This document shows, piece after piece, positions 14,988-24,123 of a DNA stretch of 24,540 nt; the first letter of the stretch is position 1; every line of letters starts with the position of its first letter. The stretch lies in NCBI GenBank assembly GCA_038851755.1, contig JAWCKR010000018.1, positions 1-24,540 on the forward strand. Reading direction: 5' to 3'. The stretch comes from Candidatus Hadarchaeales archaeon. GTDB taxonomy: Archaea; Hadarchaeota; Hadarchaeia; Hadarchaeales; WYZ-LMO6. Position numbers and translations under genes: made by a program. Below the pieces are notes generated by a model that saw only the letters and a list, made by a program, of their open reading frames with translations, searched no databases and was not told the origin of the DNA.

Positions 14988-16778
14988 TTGCCGAGGGTCA
15001 CGCTGCGTCTCCCGAGAACCCTCCGGAGGTTCAACCCCAGAGACGAGAGGGGAGTCTCAGAAGCCCTCGGAGCGGCGATGGTCCTCAGCATCATCCTAGC
15101 CGCCTTCTCCACTTGGTATCCCACCTATGCGCGCACCTCCGTGTACGACAGCGAGGCCAAGCACATGGACGAGGTCAGAGGGGCCTTCCTGAAGCTCCAG
15201 TCTGGTATGACCCTGCTGGAGGACGGGGAATCCCTAACCCTGAGCCTCCGCACGCAGGGGGAAAAGCCACGTTTCGTCCCCAACTCGGGAAGGGTAGGGA
15301 GGGTGCTCATAAGGGGTAGTCCTCGGCCGGGGGTGGGCTCACTTCTCACGGAGAGCGTGGGGTCCCAGGGATGTCCCGAGAGTCTCAGGGGGGAAGGGGG
15401 TGGGTGGTACGAGCTAAGCCCGCTGATCTTTTTGGAAAAGTTCTGGAGCATGGAGAACTGGCAGATGATCCCACATACGGATGACCTGTACACCCCCTCC
15501 CCAGAGTGGGACCCCTCTAGGTCCGCGGAAGCAGACGGTTCCGGATCCATCCATGTGGCCGCCACCGCCAGCAGTCTCTGGTGGAACCAGAGCGTAGAGA
15601 ACTGCACCTGGGTAAGGAACCTGAGCAACCCTCTCCGAAAGGAGGACGGCGTGGTGAAGGTAACCGTGGGGGGAAAGCTGATGTTCGCGGTGGGGGGAAC
15701 GGGATGGGGGAGCCAGAGCTTCAGGATAAGGGTGGAGGTGGAGGACAACGGGGGATGGAAGAAAGTTTATGAGAACTCCTCGAGCAGCCGCACCAACGGC
15801 TGGGTGAGGTTCGAAAACTCCTACACGGTGGAGAACTCCGTAAGCGGGGTGAGGCTTTACCTGGAAGTCGTGGTGACCACCATGCTCATCTCTGACCTGC
15901 GGGGGGACCTCTGGGTGGACGAGGTTTCCCTCACCGTGGGACCACCCTACAAGGTGGAGGCGGAGTACTCCAGCTCCCAGCTGGGATCCACGGGGGAGGT
16001 GGAGCAGCTCACCATCACCACCCTCCTGAAGACCGAGGGAGCGCGGGCGCTCTGCACCCTTTCCATCTACAACCCCTCTCTCGGGGGATGGGAGGTGGTG
16101 AGGGACGGGACCGTGGGGGGGGAGGAGGAAGTGTGGGAGAACGCCCTCCTGAGCCCCCAAGCCTACCTCAGCACCGAGGGGAAGATCAGGCTCAGGCTCA
16201 GGGGGGAGAACAGCACCAGCTTCTTCAGGCTCTTCCAGGACTACCTGAAGCTCTCCCTGGACTACAAGCAGGAGAGGAGCAGTGGCAGTGTGGAGTTCGA
16301 GATGAGGAACTCCCAGTACCCGGACCAGACCTACGTCTACGAGGACGGCGCCGTGATCCTTCTCCAGGGCAGCAGGGGCGTCATGCTCTCCCAGCCTGCG
16401 ATGCTCTCCTTCCGGGAAAGGGGGGAGAACGAGGTGGAAATCACGGTGAACCGCTACTTCATAGTGGGGGGGGACTCCTCCCTCTCCCAGAGCGGATACG
16501 TCTCTCTCAAGGTCACCTCGCTGGGCTCCTACTTCGGAGTCCAGGCGGGAGAGGAACCCAACAGGGAAAACGTGGTTCTTGAGATAAAGTCGCCCAGAAA
16601 GGAAATCTGGAGAGAGTACCTCCGCACCCTTGCGGAGGAGCTGAACGGGAGGGGGTTGAACGCTGTGCTGGACGTGGACCGGAATGTCCTGACCGTCCTG
16701 GGGAAGGTGGTGGAAGGGGGGAAGAAGGACATCTACTACTACGAAAGGATCTACGAGTTCTCCGTTCAGGCCAGGTGA
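14988..16778 (+). CDS. Large pilin-like protein (minor pilin/adhesin) with inserted beta-sandwich domains
   Basis: Class III signal ERG/VSEALGAAMVLSIIL, with EAKHMDEV..F..L and GSVEF...N.QYPDQTYVYEDGAVIL motifs and multiple N-glycosylation sequons. It lies 5 nt after the pilin. Confidence 0.8.
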   Translation: MPRVTLRLPRTLRRFNPRDERGVSEALGAAMVLSIILAAFSTWYPTYARTSVYDSEAKHMDEVRGAFLKLQSGMTLLEDGESLTLSLRTQGEKPRFVPNSGRVGRVLIRGSPRPGVGSLLTESVGSQGCPESLRGEGGGWYELSPLIFLEKFWSMENWQMIPHTDDLYTPSPEWDPSRSAEADGSGSIHVAATASSLWWNQSVENCTWVRNLSNPLRKEDGVVKVTVGGKLMFAVGGTGWGSQSFRIRVEVEDNGGWKKVYENSSSSRTNGWVRFENSYTVENSVSGVRLYLEVVVTTMLISDLRGDLWVDEVSLTVGPPYKVEAEYSSSQLGSTGEVEQLTITTLLKTEGARALCTLSIYNPSLGGWEVVRDGTVGGEEEVWENALLSPQAYLSTEGKIRLRLRGENSTSFFRLFQDYLKLSLDYKQERSSGSVEFEMRNSQYPDQTYVYEDGAVILLQGSRGVMLSQPAMLSFRERGENEVEITVNRYFIVGGDSSLSQSGYVSLKVTSLGSYFGVQAGEEPNRENVVLEIKSPRKEIWREYLRTLAEELNGRGLNAVLDVDRNVLTVLGKVVEGGKKDIYYYERIYEFSVQAR

Positions 16779-16779
16779 C

Positions 16780-17544
16780 TCAGATTCCCCTTATCAGCTC
16801 AGGTTTCGTCACCTGAAGCCCCAGGGGAGGGGTGAAGGAAACTTCGAAGACGGCCTCCCCCCAGAGGGAAGAGGGCAACCTCCTGAGCCTCCTGGCGTAC
16901 AGGGCGCGCTTCCTCTTGTAGGGACCGAGCCTCACCCACTCGAAAGAGAACAGACCATCGACGCACTCCCCGAGCTCCTCCACGCTCTCCCCCCCCATCC
17001 TGATCTCCATGGGGGCGTAAATCAGGCAGTTCCCCCACCCCTTGCTCTCCCTCTGGAGCCTGCGCAGGAAGAGGGTCAAGCTCCGCCAGTCCTCTTCCGA
17101 CCTGCGGAAGAGGGGGAGCAAGTCGGTGAGCTCCGAGAGCACCACCAAGCTGTCCCTCCCCTCCTCCTCCAGGAGGCGGTGAAGGGAGTCCAGCAAACCC
17201 CCACAGGTCTGCCAGGAAGAAAGGCACTGCTCCGAGAAATCCCTGAACCTCACCCACTTTTCGAACTCCCGGTAGAGCTCCTCACCGAAGCTGGAGGAAA
17301 CCTCCTCCCTGAGGTCGGCCTCCCCGCGGGAGAAGGAAAGCCACCATATCTTCTCGGGAAGCACCTGATGCTCCGATGCCTCAAAGAGACCCGACTTGGT
17401 GGCCGAGAGGACCACGGAGGAGGTGAGGGCGAACTCGTGGGGACCGGAACCTATCTCCCCCAGGAGGAGGACGAGGGACCCTGCTGGGATTCCCCCTCCC
17501 AGCGACTCATCCAGCGAGAGGATCCCTGTGGGTATCCTCTTCAA
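16780..17544 (-). CDS. KaiC/RAD55-like (RecA superfamily) protein with degenerate Walker A
   Basis: RIPTGILSLDESLGGGIPAGSLVLLLGEIGSGPHEF lacks the GK[ST] residues. The Walker B region reads LVVLSELTDL, and VDGLFSFEW follows. Confidence 0.82.
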   Translation of the reverse strand: MKRIPTGILSLDESLGGGIPAGSLVLLLGEIGSGPHEFALTSSVVLSATKSGLFEASEHQVLPEKIWWLSFSRGEADLREEVSSSFGEELYREFEKWVRFRDFSEQCLSSWQTCGGLLDSLHRLLEEEGRDSLVVLSELTDLLPLFRRSEEDWRSLTLFLRRLQRESKGWGNCLIYAPMEIRMGGESVEELGECVDGLFSFEWVRLGPYKRKRALYARRLRRLPSSLWGEAVFEVSFTPPLGLQVTKPELIRGI

Positions 17545-17557
17545 GGCCTCACCTGCC

Positions 17558-18289
17558 TCAGGACCCTCCCGCGAGCGTCACCGCCAACTTCCTGATGGCC
17601 TTGGCGGCGGGGGACTTCGGCTTCCTCAGCACGAGCATCTTCCTCATCATGGCGCACTCGGCCACGGCCTGGTCCTCCGGGATTGAAACCAGGACCCTCA
17701 GACCAAGCTTGCGCTCTATTTCACCCACCCCCAGCACCTTGGGTTTCCGGAAAAGTCCCAGAAAGGGGGACCGGGGCAGGCGGTTCAGCACCGCTCCCCC
17801 CATCTTGACCTCCAGGGCCTCCGCCACCATCTGGGTCTTCAGGGTGGACTCCAGGGCCAGGGGATCCGGAGTGAGGATGAACAGGACCTCACCCGCGGCG
17901 GCCAGTGGGGCCAGGCTGTACCTGCTCACCCCCGGGGGCGTGTCCAGGAGTATGAAGTCATACCTGGAGGAGAGTTCCTTCACCAGCGACTCGAGCTTCC
18001 TGGGAGAAGACCTCAGGAAGCCATCCAGGGTGGGGCCGGAGGGCAGGAAGCTGATGCCGTTGACCCTGTAGATGGCTTCGCCCACCCTTTTCTCGCCCGA
18101 GAGGACCTCGTGGAGGGTGGCGGGGAGCTGGGGGAGCCCCATGAGCGTGGCCGCGTTCCCCATGGCAAGGTCCCCGTCGATCACCAGCACCCTCTTGCCC
18201 AGCTGCCCAAGAGCCACTCCCAGGTTGAGGGTGGTGGTGGTCTTCCCTACCCCCCCTTTTCCAGAGGCTATAGCCACAACCTTGGCCAT
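17558..18289 (-). CDS. minD: MinD/ParA-family ATPase
   Basis: Deviant Walker A SGKGGVGKTT, plus IDGDLAMGN, TLHEVL, DFILLDTPPG, VLNR and IPED motifs. Confidence 0.9.
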   Translation of the reverse strand: MAKVVAIASGKGGVGKTTTTLNLGVALGQLGKRVLVIDGDLAMGNAATLMGLPQLPATLHEVLSGEKRVGEAIYRVNGISFLPSGPTLDGFLRSSPRKLESLVKELSSRYDFILLDTPPGVSRYSLAPLAAAGEVLFILTPDPLALESTLKTQMVAEALEVKMGGAVLNRLPRSPFLGLFRKPKVLGVGEIERKLGLRVLVSIPEDQAVAECAMMRKMLVLRKPKSPAAKAIRKLAVTLAGGS

Positions 18290-18331
18290 CAGCTCTCCAC
18301 CCGCTTTGTCCTGAGAGTATTTTAGCCTTGC

Positions 18332-20137
18332 CTAGACCCTCAGGAAAACCGAGAAGAGAGCGAAGGCAGCGAGCATGAGGAGGACCGAGTACTTCAGCCC
18401 CGCCCTCAGATCGCCCGAGCTCGTCTGCCCTATCAGGAGCCCCGCGAAAAGCCCCTCTATCATGGCGGCGTGCATGAAGAGGTTCCTGATGGTGGGGACC
18501 TCCACCCCGTAGGAGAAGGAGGACTCGCTCCCCACCTCCCTGTTCACGCTCATCACGCTGCTCACCACCATGAAGGTTGAGAAAAGGAACAGACCGAACA
18601 TCATGAGGATGATGACCTTGTAGGAGCCCAGGGCCGCCTGTCTCTTCCTCTTCAGCTCCTGCTTGTTGGCCACGTCCAGCATGAGGATGTCAAGCACGCT
18701 GGAGATGTCCTCGTCCGTCTCGCTCGACTTCTTTATCACCCTGGTAACGTAGACTATGTCCCCTGAATCGCTCACCCTCCTCTCGAACCTCTGGAGGGCC
18801 TCCCCGGCCGAGATCCCCCAGCCCAGGTCCGCCTTCATCCTCTTCGTTTCCCTCGTGAAGGGCCCCAGGTCCACGGAGGAGGTCACCTTGAGGGAGGCGG
18901 GGAGGGTGAGCCCCGACTTGATCCCGCTCGCCAGGGACCTTAGGAAGTCGAGCAGGGAGTCCTCCAGGTAACCTATCCTCGCCCTCTTCACCTCGTAGAC
19001 CAAGGAATAGAAGCCCAGGACGGCCAGGGAACCCAGGATGAAGCAGGAGGAGAGCTCCATCCCCAGATCCCTCCTGATGAGGAAAAGCACGAGCGCGGTG
19101 AGAGGAACGCTGAAGAAGAAGGAGTTGGCGGGCTGCCTGGAGACCGCCTCCACCGGCTTCCTCACCAGGTACCAGACCCACCTCCCCAGCCTGCGGAGCG
19201 GGGAGACCTTTTTTATCTCCACCCTCTCGTGGACCAGCGTCACTCCCGTGTACTCCTCCCCCAACCTCGCCCCCTGCCTGCTCACCGGGAGCTTACCTGG
19301 GAGGACCAGGCTCACCATCACCATGAAGAAGGCCGCCACCGCGGGCACCACCACGTAGCCTATGAGGTAGAGCCACAGGCTGGAGTACCCGCCCAGGGGT
19401 CCCAGGAGGGAGAAGAGAATGAGCATCACCAGGGGAAGGAGGATGACGAGGTTGACGTAGAGCTCGCTGTAAAGCTCCAGGCTGGAGATGAGCTTCGAGT
19501 GGTCCGCCTCGGCGTGGCGCTGGTACTCCATCCACTTGCTCGAGAAGTAGGAGGGAAGGTCCCCGCCGCTCTCGATGACGGAGGCCAGGACATCGAGGAG
19601 CTCCCTGAACCTGTCCGAGGGTGTGCTCTGGGCCAGGTTCCTGAGGGCGGTGAGGGGGTCCTGCCCCAGCTGCTCCACATCGCGCATGAAAAGCCTGGCC
19701 TCGTTCCTCAGCTCCCCGGCGTCCTCGTACCTGCTCAGCTCCCTGAAAATCTCCACCACTCCCGCCCCTCCCCTGCTGAGGGCGTACATGAAGCCTATGG
19801 TCTGGGGCAGGACGAGGTTTATCTTGTAGGCCCTGTTCTTGGCCACCAGCCCAGGGATGAGGAGGAGGGTGCGGTAGAGGGCCATCCAGAAGCCCAGGCT
19901 GAGCAGGGAGCCCACCGCCACCCCCAGGGGTGATAACACCCCCGCGACCCACAGGCCCAGGAACAGCAAAATGAAGCCCACGGAGACCAGCATGCTGTAG
20001 AGGAGGGAGGTGCAAACGTAGACCTCCACCGAGGTCCCCATCCTGGCCCTCTTCAGGTCCCTCTTCAGGGCCTCCTGTTCCTCCCTCCTCACCCACCTGT
20101 GGAAGAGCCTGAAGGCCAGCCTACTCAGGGGAGGCAT
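18332..20137 (-). CDS. Type II secretion system F-family membrane platform protein (TadC/PilC/ArlJ-like, two T2SSF domains)
   Basis: Polytopic, with repeated T2SSF motifs (GQDPLTAL...TPS..F...SGGD and SGLTL..SL...G.S..EAL). It overlaps the ATPase gene. Confidence 0.92.
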   Translation of the reverse strand: MPPLSRLAFRLFHRWVRREEQEALKRDLKRARMGTSVEVYVCTSLLYSMLVSVGFILLFLGLWVAGVLSPLGVAVGSLLSLGFWMALYRTLLLIPGLVAKNRAYKINLVLPQTIGFMYALSRGGAGVVEIFRELSRYEDAGELRNEARLFMRDVEQLGQDPLTALRNLAQSTPSDRFRELLDVLASVIESGGDLPSYFSSKWMEYQRHAEADHSKLISSLELYSELYVNLVILLPLVMLILFSLLGPLGGYSSLWLYLIGYVVVPAVAAFFMVMVSLVLPGKLPVSRQGARLGEEYTGVTLVHERVEIKKVSPLRRLGRWVWYLVRKPVEAVSRQPANSFFFSVPLTALVLFLIRRDLGMELSSCFILGSLAVLGFYSLVYEVKRARIGYLEDSLLDFLRSLASGIKSGLTLPASLKVTSSVDLGPFTRETKRMKADLGWGISAGEALQRFERRVSDSGDIVYVTRVIKKSSETDEDISSVLDILMLDVANKQELKRKRQAALGSYKVIILMMFGLFLFSTFMVVSSVMSVNREVGSESSFSYGVEVPTIRNLFMHAAMIEGLFAGLLIGQTSSGDLRAGLKYSVLLMLAAFALFSVFLRV

Positions 20138-21947
20138 CCGTGGTTCCCTCCCTGATCCTCTCCAGCACCTTCTCGGGCTCGAAGTGGTACTGCCTGACGA
20201 TCCCCGCCACTTCCTCTATCTTCCTCACGTTCTTCCCAACCATGTACTCGAGCACGGCCTTCCTGTTCGCCAGTTCCTTCTCCAGCCTGGTGGGTCCCCA
20301 GCCCCTCTCCCTGGCTATCTCCGCCAGGACCGTGGAGTCCCCCAGCCTCCTGAACCTGTCCGTCACGTTGTCCCTCTCGAAGAGCCTGTTGATGCTCAGG
20401 GCCCCCGTCTCCGTGTCCACACCCCCTATCTCCACTATGCTCTGGTTCCTCCTCACCCTCATCTCCTTGAAGTAGGTGAGGTTCTGGAGGCACACGATGT
20501 CCAGGGCGGAGAGCATGTGGTGGGGGACGTTGAGGGGCTCCCCCTCCAGCCTGAGCACCATTTCCTCCACCGAGCCGGCGTGCATGGTCGAGTAGCAGGT
20601 GTGCCCCGTGGTCATGGCCTGGAAGAGGGTGAGGGCCTCAGGCCCCCTCACCTCCCCCACGATGAGGACCTCGGGCCTCTGCCTGAGGGCCTGCATGAGC
20701 AGGTCGTACATGGTGATGGCCTTCTCCCCGGGAGCGGGACGGGTCACGCTGGCCACCCAGTTCTCCTGGTAGAGGAAGAGCTCCCTGGTGTCCTCGATGG
20801 AGATGATCTTGGCGTCGGGGGGGATGAAGAGGGTGAGGGCGTTCAGGGTGGAGGTCTTCCCGCTCGCCGTCCCCCCTATGATCATGATGTTCTTCTTGTT
20901 CTCTGTCGCCAGCCAGAGGTAGGCCAGCATCTCGGGAGAGAAGGTCCCGAGCTTGATGAGGTCCACGGGTGTGAAGGGTTCCTTCCTGTACTTGCGGATG
21001 GTGAAGGTGCTCCCCCTGGCCGTGACCTCCTTGCCCAGGGTGGCCTGGAGCCTGTACCCCTCGGGCAGGGAGGCGTCGACCGTGGGCTTCCCCAGGGAGA
21101 TCTGCTTCCCTGCCCTCTCCACCAGCCTGCCCACGAAGAGGTCCAGCTCCAGGGGGTCCGTGAACGTGACGTTGGTCTTGAGGTTCTGGTAGTTCTGGTG
21201 GTAGAGGAAGAGGGGGAGACCCAGCCCGTCGCAGGAGATGTCCTCTATCCTCGGGTCCTTCACCAGCACATCGATCTTCCCGTAGCCCACGTAGTTCCTC
21301 TTCAGGTAGTAGAGGAGCTTCTGCAGGGTTTCCTCCCCCACCCATATCCCCCTCTCATCCAGGAGGTGCTCCACCGCCTCCTTCAGCACCAGGTCCCTGT
21401 CCTCGCTCTCCGTGTAGGGGAGCCTGTCGAGGAGGTCCCGGTGCACCGTCTCGAGCAGGGACTTCTCCGTGGGGGTGAGACTGGGCTCCACCACGTGGTA
21501 CAGGCGCTCGTTCCTGGAGGGATCGGAGAGGATGGCCACCCAGGCGAAGGGCCTGACCACCCAGTAGCGCTCCTCCTCCACGTATCCCGAGGGAGGGGTG
21601 AAGACCGTGTACCTCTCAAATTCCTTCCTCTCCTCGACCCTCTTCTGCAGGAGCAGGAGCCTGAGCTCCTCGAGGAAATCATCCTCATAAAGGGCCTCGA
21701 GGGAACCCCTGGAGGGCCTCGCGACCGGAGGGGAAGAAGGAGAACTGGTGGGCAAAGGAGTGATGGGACGGCGCACCTGCATGTCTGTCACCCCAGGTTT
21801 CCCCTCACCCGCCTTCTCAGGGGTGGGGGTTTCCTCCCTTTTTTCCTCCCCCGCCTTGCTCGAGGTGAAAGAGAGCTTCTCCCTCAGTTTGCTGAGGGTT
21901 CCAGCTAGTCCTCCTCCACCTTCTGGTTCGGAAGGCATCCTCCCCAT
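20121..21947 (-). CDS. Type IV pilus assembly ATPase (PilB/ArlI/VirB11 family)
   Basis: DPRIEDISCDG, TFTIRKY, Walker A GGTASGKTS, SIEDTREL, ALRQRPEVLIVGEVRG and TGH..STMHA motifs. Confidence 0.96.
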   Translation of the reverse strand: MGRMPSEPEGGGGLAGTLSKLREKLSFTSSKAGEEKREETPTPEKAGEGKPGVTDMQVRRPITPLPTSSPSSPPVARPSRGSLEALYEDDFLEELRLLLLQKRVEERKEFERYTVFTPPSGYVEEERYWVVRPFAWVAILSDPSRNERLYHVVEPSLTPTEKSLLETVHRDLLDRLPYTESEDRDLVLKEAVEHLLDERGIWVGEETLQKLLYYLKRNYVGYGKIDVLVKDPRIEDISCDGLGLPLFLYHQNYQNLKTNVTFTDPLELDLFVGRLVERAGKQISLGKPTVDASLPEGYRLQATLGKEVTARGSTFTIRKYRKEPFTPVDLIKLGTFSPEMLAYLWLATENKKNIMIIGGTASGKTSTLNALTLFIPPDAKIISIEDTRELFLYQENWVASVTRPAPGEKAITMYDLLMQALRQRPEVLIVGEVRGPEALTLFQAMTTGHTCYSTMHAGSVEEMVLRLEGEPLNVPHHMLSALDIVCLQNLTYFKEMRVRRNQSIVEIGGVDTETGALSINRLFERDNVTDRFRRLGDSTVLAEIARERGWGPTRLEKELANRKAVLEYMVGKNVRKIEEVAGIVRQYHFEPEKVLERIREGTTDASPE

Positions 21948-21987
21948 ACTTTATCCTCCCCTTTTTTCTTCCTTTCCTGAGGGGTCC

Positions 21988-23466
21988 TCAGCCGCCTCTC
22001 CCGTAGAACTCCGTCAGCTCCGCCAGCCTCTCCACGGCCTCCGCCGTGAGCTGCCAGGGCTCCACCCTCCACCTCCAGTTCCCCTCCGCCCTCCCCGGGG
22101 TGTTCATCCTGGCCTCTCTCCCCAGCCCCAGCACGTCCTGGAGGGGGAGGATGGCCAGCTCCGCCACGGAGCCCAGCGCCAGCCTCATGAACTCCAAGTG
22201 GACCTCCTCCGCCCTGACCTCCCTCCCCACGTACCTGAAGAACCTCCTCCTCACCTCCGGGGTGGCCTCCTCCTCGAACCAGCCCCTGACCGTGTTGTTG
22301 TCGTGAGTGCCCGTGTACACCACGCAGTCCTTCCGGTGGTTGTGGGGGGCGTGGGGATTGGAGGGGAGGTCCTCCCCGAAGGCGAACTGGAGCACCCTCA
22401 TCCCCGGGAGGCCCAGCCTCTCCCTGAGCTCCACCACCTCCTCCGTGATGGTTCCCAGGTCCTCCGCTATGAGGGAGAGGAAGCCGAGTCTCCTCCTGGC
22501 CTCCCTGAAGAGCCCTTCCCCAGGCCCCTCCACCCACTCCCCCCTTTCGGCCGTTCTCTCCCCCGCCGGGACCTCCCAGTGGGCGACGAAGCCCCTGAAG
22601 TGGTCCACCCTCACCAGGTCAAACATCCGCTGGGCGTGCTCCATCCTCCTCACCCACCACTCGTAGCCTCCCTCTTCCATCTTCTTCCAGTCGTAGACGG
22701 GCTGTCCCCAGAGCTGACCGGTGGAGCTGAAGTAGTCGGGGGGCACCCCGGAGACGAAGAGGGGTCTTCCCCCCCGGTCCAGCTTGAAGAGCTCCCTGTG
22801 CGCCCACACGTCCGCGCTGTGATGGTCCAGATAGAAGGGGAGGTCACCCACCAGCCTCACCCCCCTCCTGCGGCAGTACCTCCTCAGTCCCTCCCACTGG
22901 AGGTGGAAGAGGTACTGCAGGAACTTCTCCCTCTCCACCTCCTCCCTCAGTTCTTCCCCCGCCTTCCCCAGGGCCTCTGGATCCCTGTTCCTCAGCCCCT
23001 CCGGCCAGTCCGTCCAGGAGTTGCCCAACCTCAGGGAAAGAACCGTGAAGAGGGAGTAGTCCTCCAGCCACCAGGAGTTCCTGGCACAGAACTCCTCAAA
23101 GCCCTCCGCCCCCCTTTCCCTGAAGCGCTCGTAGGCTCTCTGGAACACCCTCAGCTTGTGGGAGAAGACGGAGGGGTAGTCCACCCAGCCGTGGGGGAGG
23201 GGGGGAGGAAGGGCCTCCCCCTGCGTGAGCCATCCCTCCTTCACCATCTCCTCGGGGCTCAGGAGGAGGACGTTGCCCGCGAAGGCGGAGGAGGGGTGAT
23301 AGGGGGAGTTCCCGGAGGAGGGTGGGAGGAGGGGAAGAAACTGCCAGTACCTCTGTCCTGCCTCGGAGAGAAGGTCGGCGAAGGCCCTGGCCCAGGGGCC
23401 CAGGTCCCCTATTCCGTGGGGGGAGGGGAGGGAGGTGAAGTGCAGGAGGATGCCGCTGGCTCTCAT
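21988..23466 (-). CDS. malQ: 4-alpha-glucanotransferase (amylomaltase, GH77)
   Basis: MRASGILLHFTSLP, WQFLPL, GDLPFY, GVPPDYFSSTGQLWGQP, RVDHFRGF, IAEDLG, YTGTHDNNT and RMNTPG...NWRWR motifs. Confidence 0.97.
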   Translation of the reverse strand: MRASGILLHFTSLPSPHGIGDLGPWARAFADLLSEAGQRYWQFLPLLPPSSGNSPYHPSSAFAGNVLLLSPEEMVKEGWLTQGEALPPPLPHGWVDYPSVFSHKLRVFQRAYERFRERGAEGFEEFCARNSWWLEDYSLFTVLSLRLGNSWTDWPEGLRNRDPEALGKAGEELREEVEREKFLQYLFHLQWEGLRRYCRRRGVRLVGDLPFYLDHHSADVWAHRELFKLDRGGRPLFVSGVPPDYFSSTGQLWGQPVYDWKKMEEGGYEWWVRRMEHAQRMFDLVRVDHFRGFVAHWEVPAGERTAERGEWVEGPGEGLFREARRRLGFLSLIAEDLGTITEEVVELRERLGLPGMRVLQFAFGEDLPSNPHAPHNHRKDCVVYTGTHDNNTVRGWFEEEATPEVRRRFFRYVGREVRAEEVHLEFMRLALGSVAELAILPLQDVLGLGREARMNTPGRAEGNWRWRVEPWQLTAEAVERLAELTEFYGRGG

Positions 23467-24077
23467 CCCTTTCTCCCCCTGCACTTCCTCGAGACCGGGC
23501 AGGAAATGCACTTCTTCCTCTTGCAGTACTCCAGGCCCAGCCTGACCAGCCTGGGCTCCATCTCCCTCATCCTCCTCTCCCCCCTTATACCCAGCTTTTC
23601 CGCCACCTCCCTGGCCAGGGGGGAGAGGGGAGGGTCGGCCTTCTCCCAGATTCCCCTGAGTTCCCTGAGGAAGATGCTGGCGGTGGTGGGACCTATCCCC
23701 TTGAACTCCGTGAGCTTCCCCATGAGGTCTTCCGGATCTTTGGCCGAGGCGTGAAGCCTCTCCAGCCCGCCCTCCTCCTTCAGCTTCTTACATATCTCCA
23801 GCAGTTTGTCCGCGGTGGAGAAGTCGTAGCGCACGTAGCCACCCTCGTCCAGGGCCTTGACCAGCCTGGTCCATCCGGCCTCCAGTATCCTCCCTGGAGT
23901 GGTGTACCCCCTGCGCTCGAACTCCCTGAAGGTCCGGAGGGCTATCCCCGCGGAGATCCTCCTGCCGAAGAGGAGGGAGGCGAGGAACCACTTGAACCTA
24001 TCTTCGGGTTTCCTCAGGTCGAGGCCCAGCTCCTCGGGATAGCTCTTGAGGAGAGTCCTACCTGCACTGGCCTCCAT
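23463..24077 (-). CDS. HhH-GPD / endonuclease III-like protein with C-terminal Cys cluster
   Basis: FKWFLASLLFG, YVRYD, HhH motif LTEFKGIGPTTASIFLREL and CX4CX2CX5C. The stop overlaps the malQ start (ATGA). Confidence 0.78.
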   Translation of the reverse strand: MEASAGRTLLKSYPEELGLDLRKPEDRFKWFLASLLFGRRISAGIALRTFREFERRGYTTPGRILEAGWTRLVKALDEGGYVRYDFSTADKLLEICKKLKEEGGLERLHASAKDPEDLMGKLTEFKGIGPTTASIFLRELRGIWEKADPPLSPLAREVAEKLGIRGERRMREMEPRLVRLGLEYCKRKKCISCPVSRKCRGRKG

Positions 24078-24096
24078 CCTTTATCGTGGGAAGACC

Positions 24097-24107
24097 AAAA
24101 GAAAAAA
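24097..24107 (-). terminator. Oligo-T terminator
   Basis: The minus strand reads TTTTTTCTTTT about 17 nt after the stop at 24124. Confidence 0.5.
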
Positions 24108-24123
24108 GGGGTGGGGAAGGACC

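Noticed and set aside
16780-21947. Archaellum (arlHIJ) or circadian KaiC interpretation
   Set aside because: There are no archaellins or ArlF/G, the neighbouring genes are pilins, and the KaiC-like protein is single-domain and degenerate.
20184-23754. 574-aa and 668-aa ORFs on +
   Set aside because: Antisense shadows of the ATPase and malQ, with no recognisable domains.
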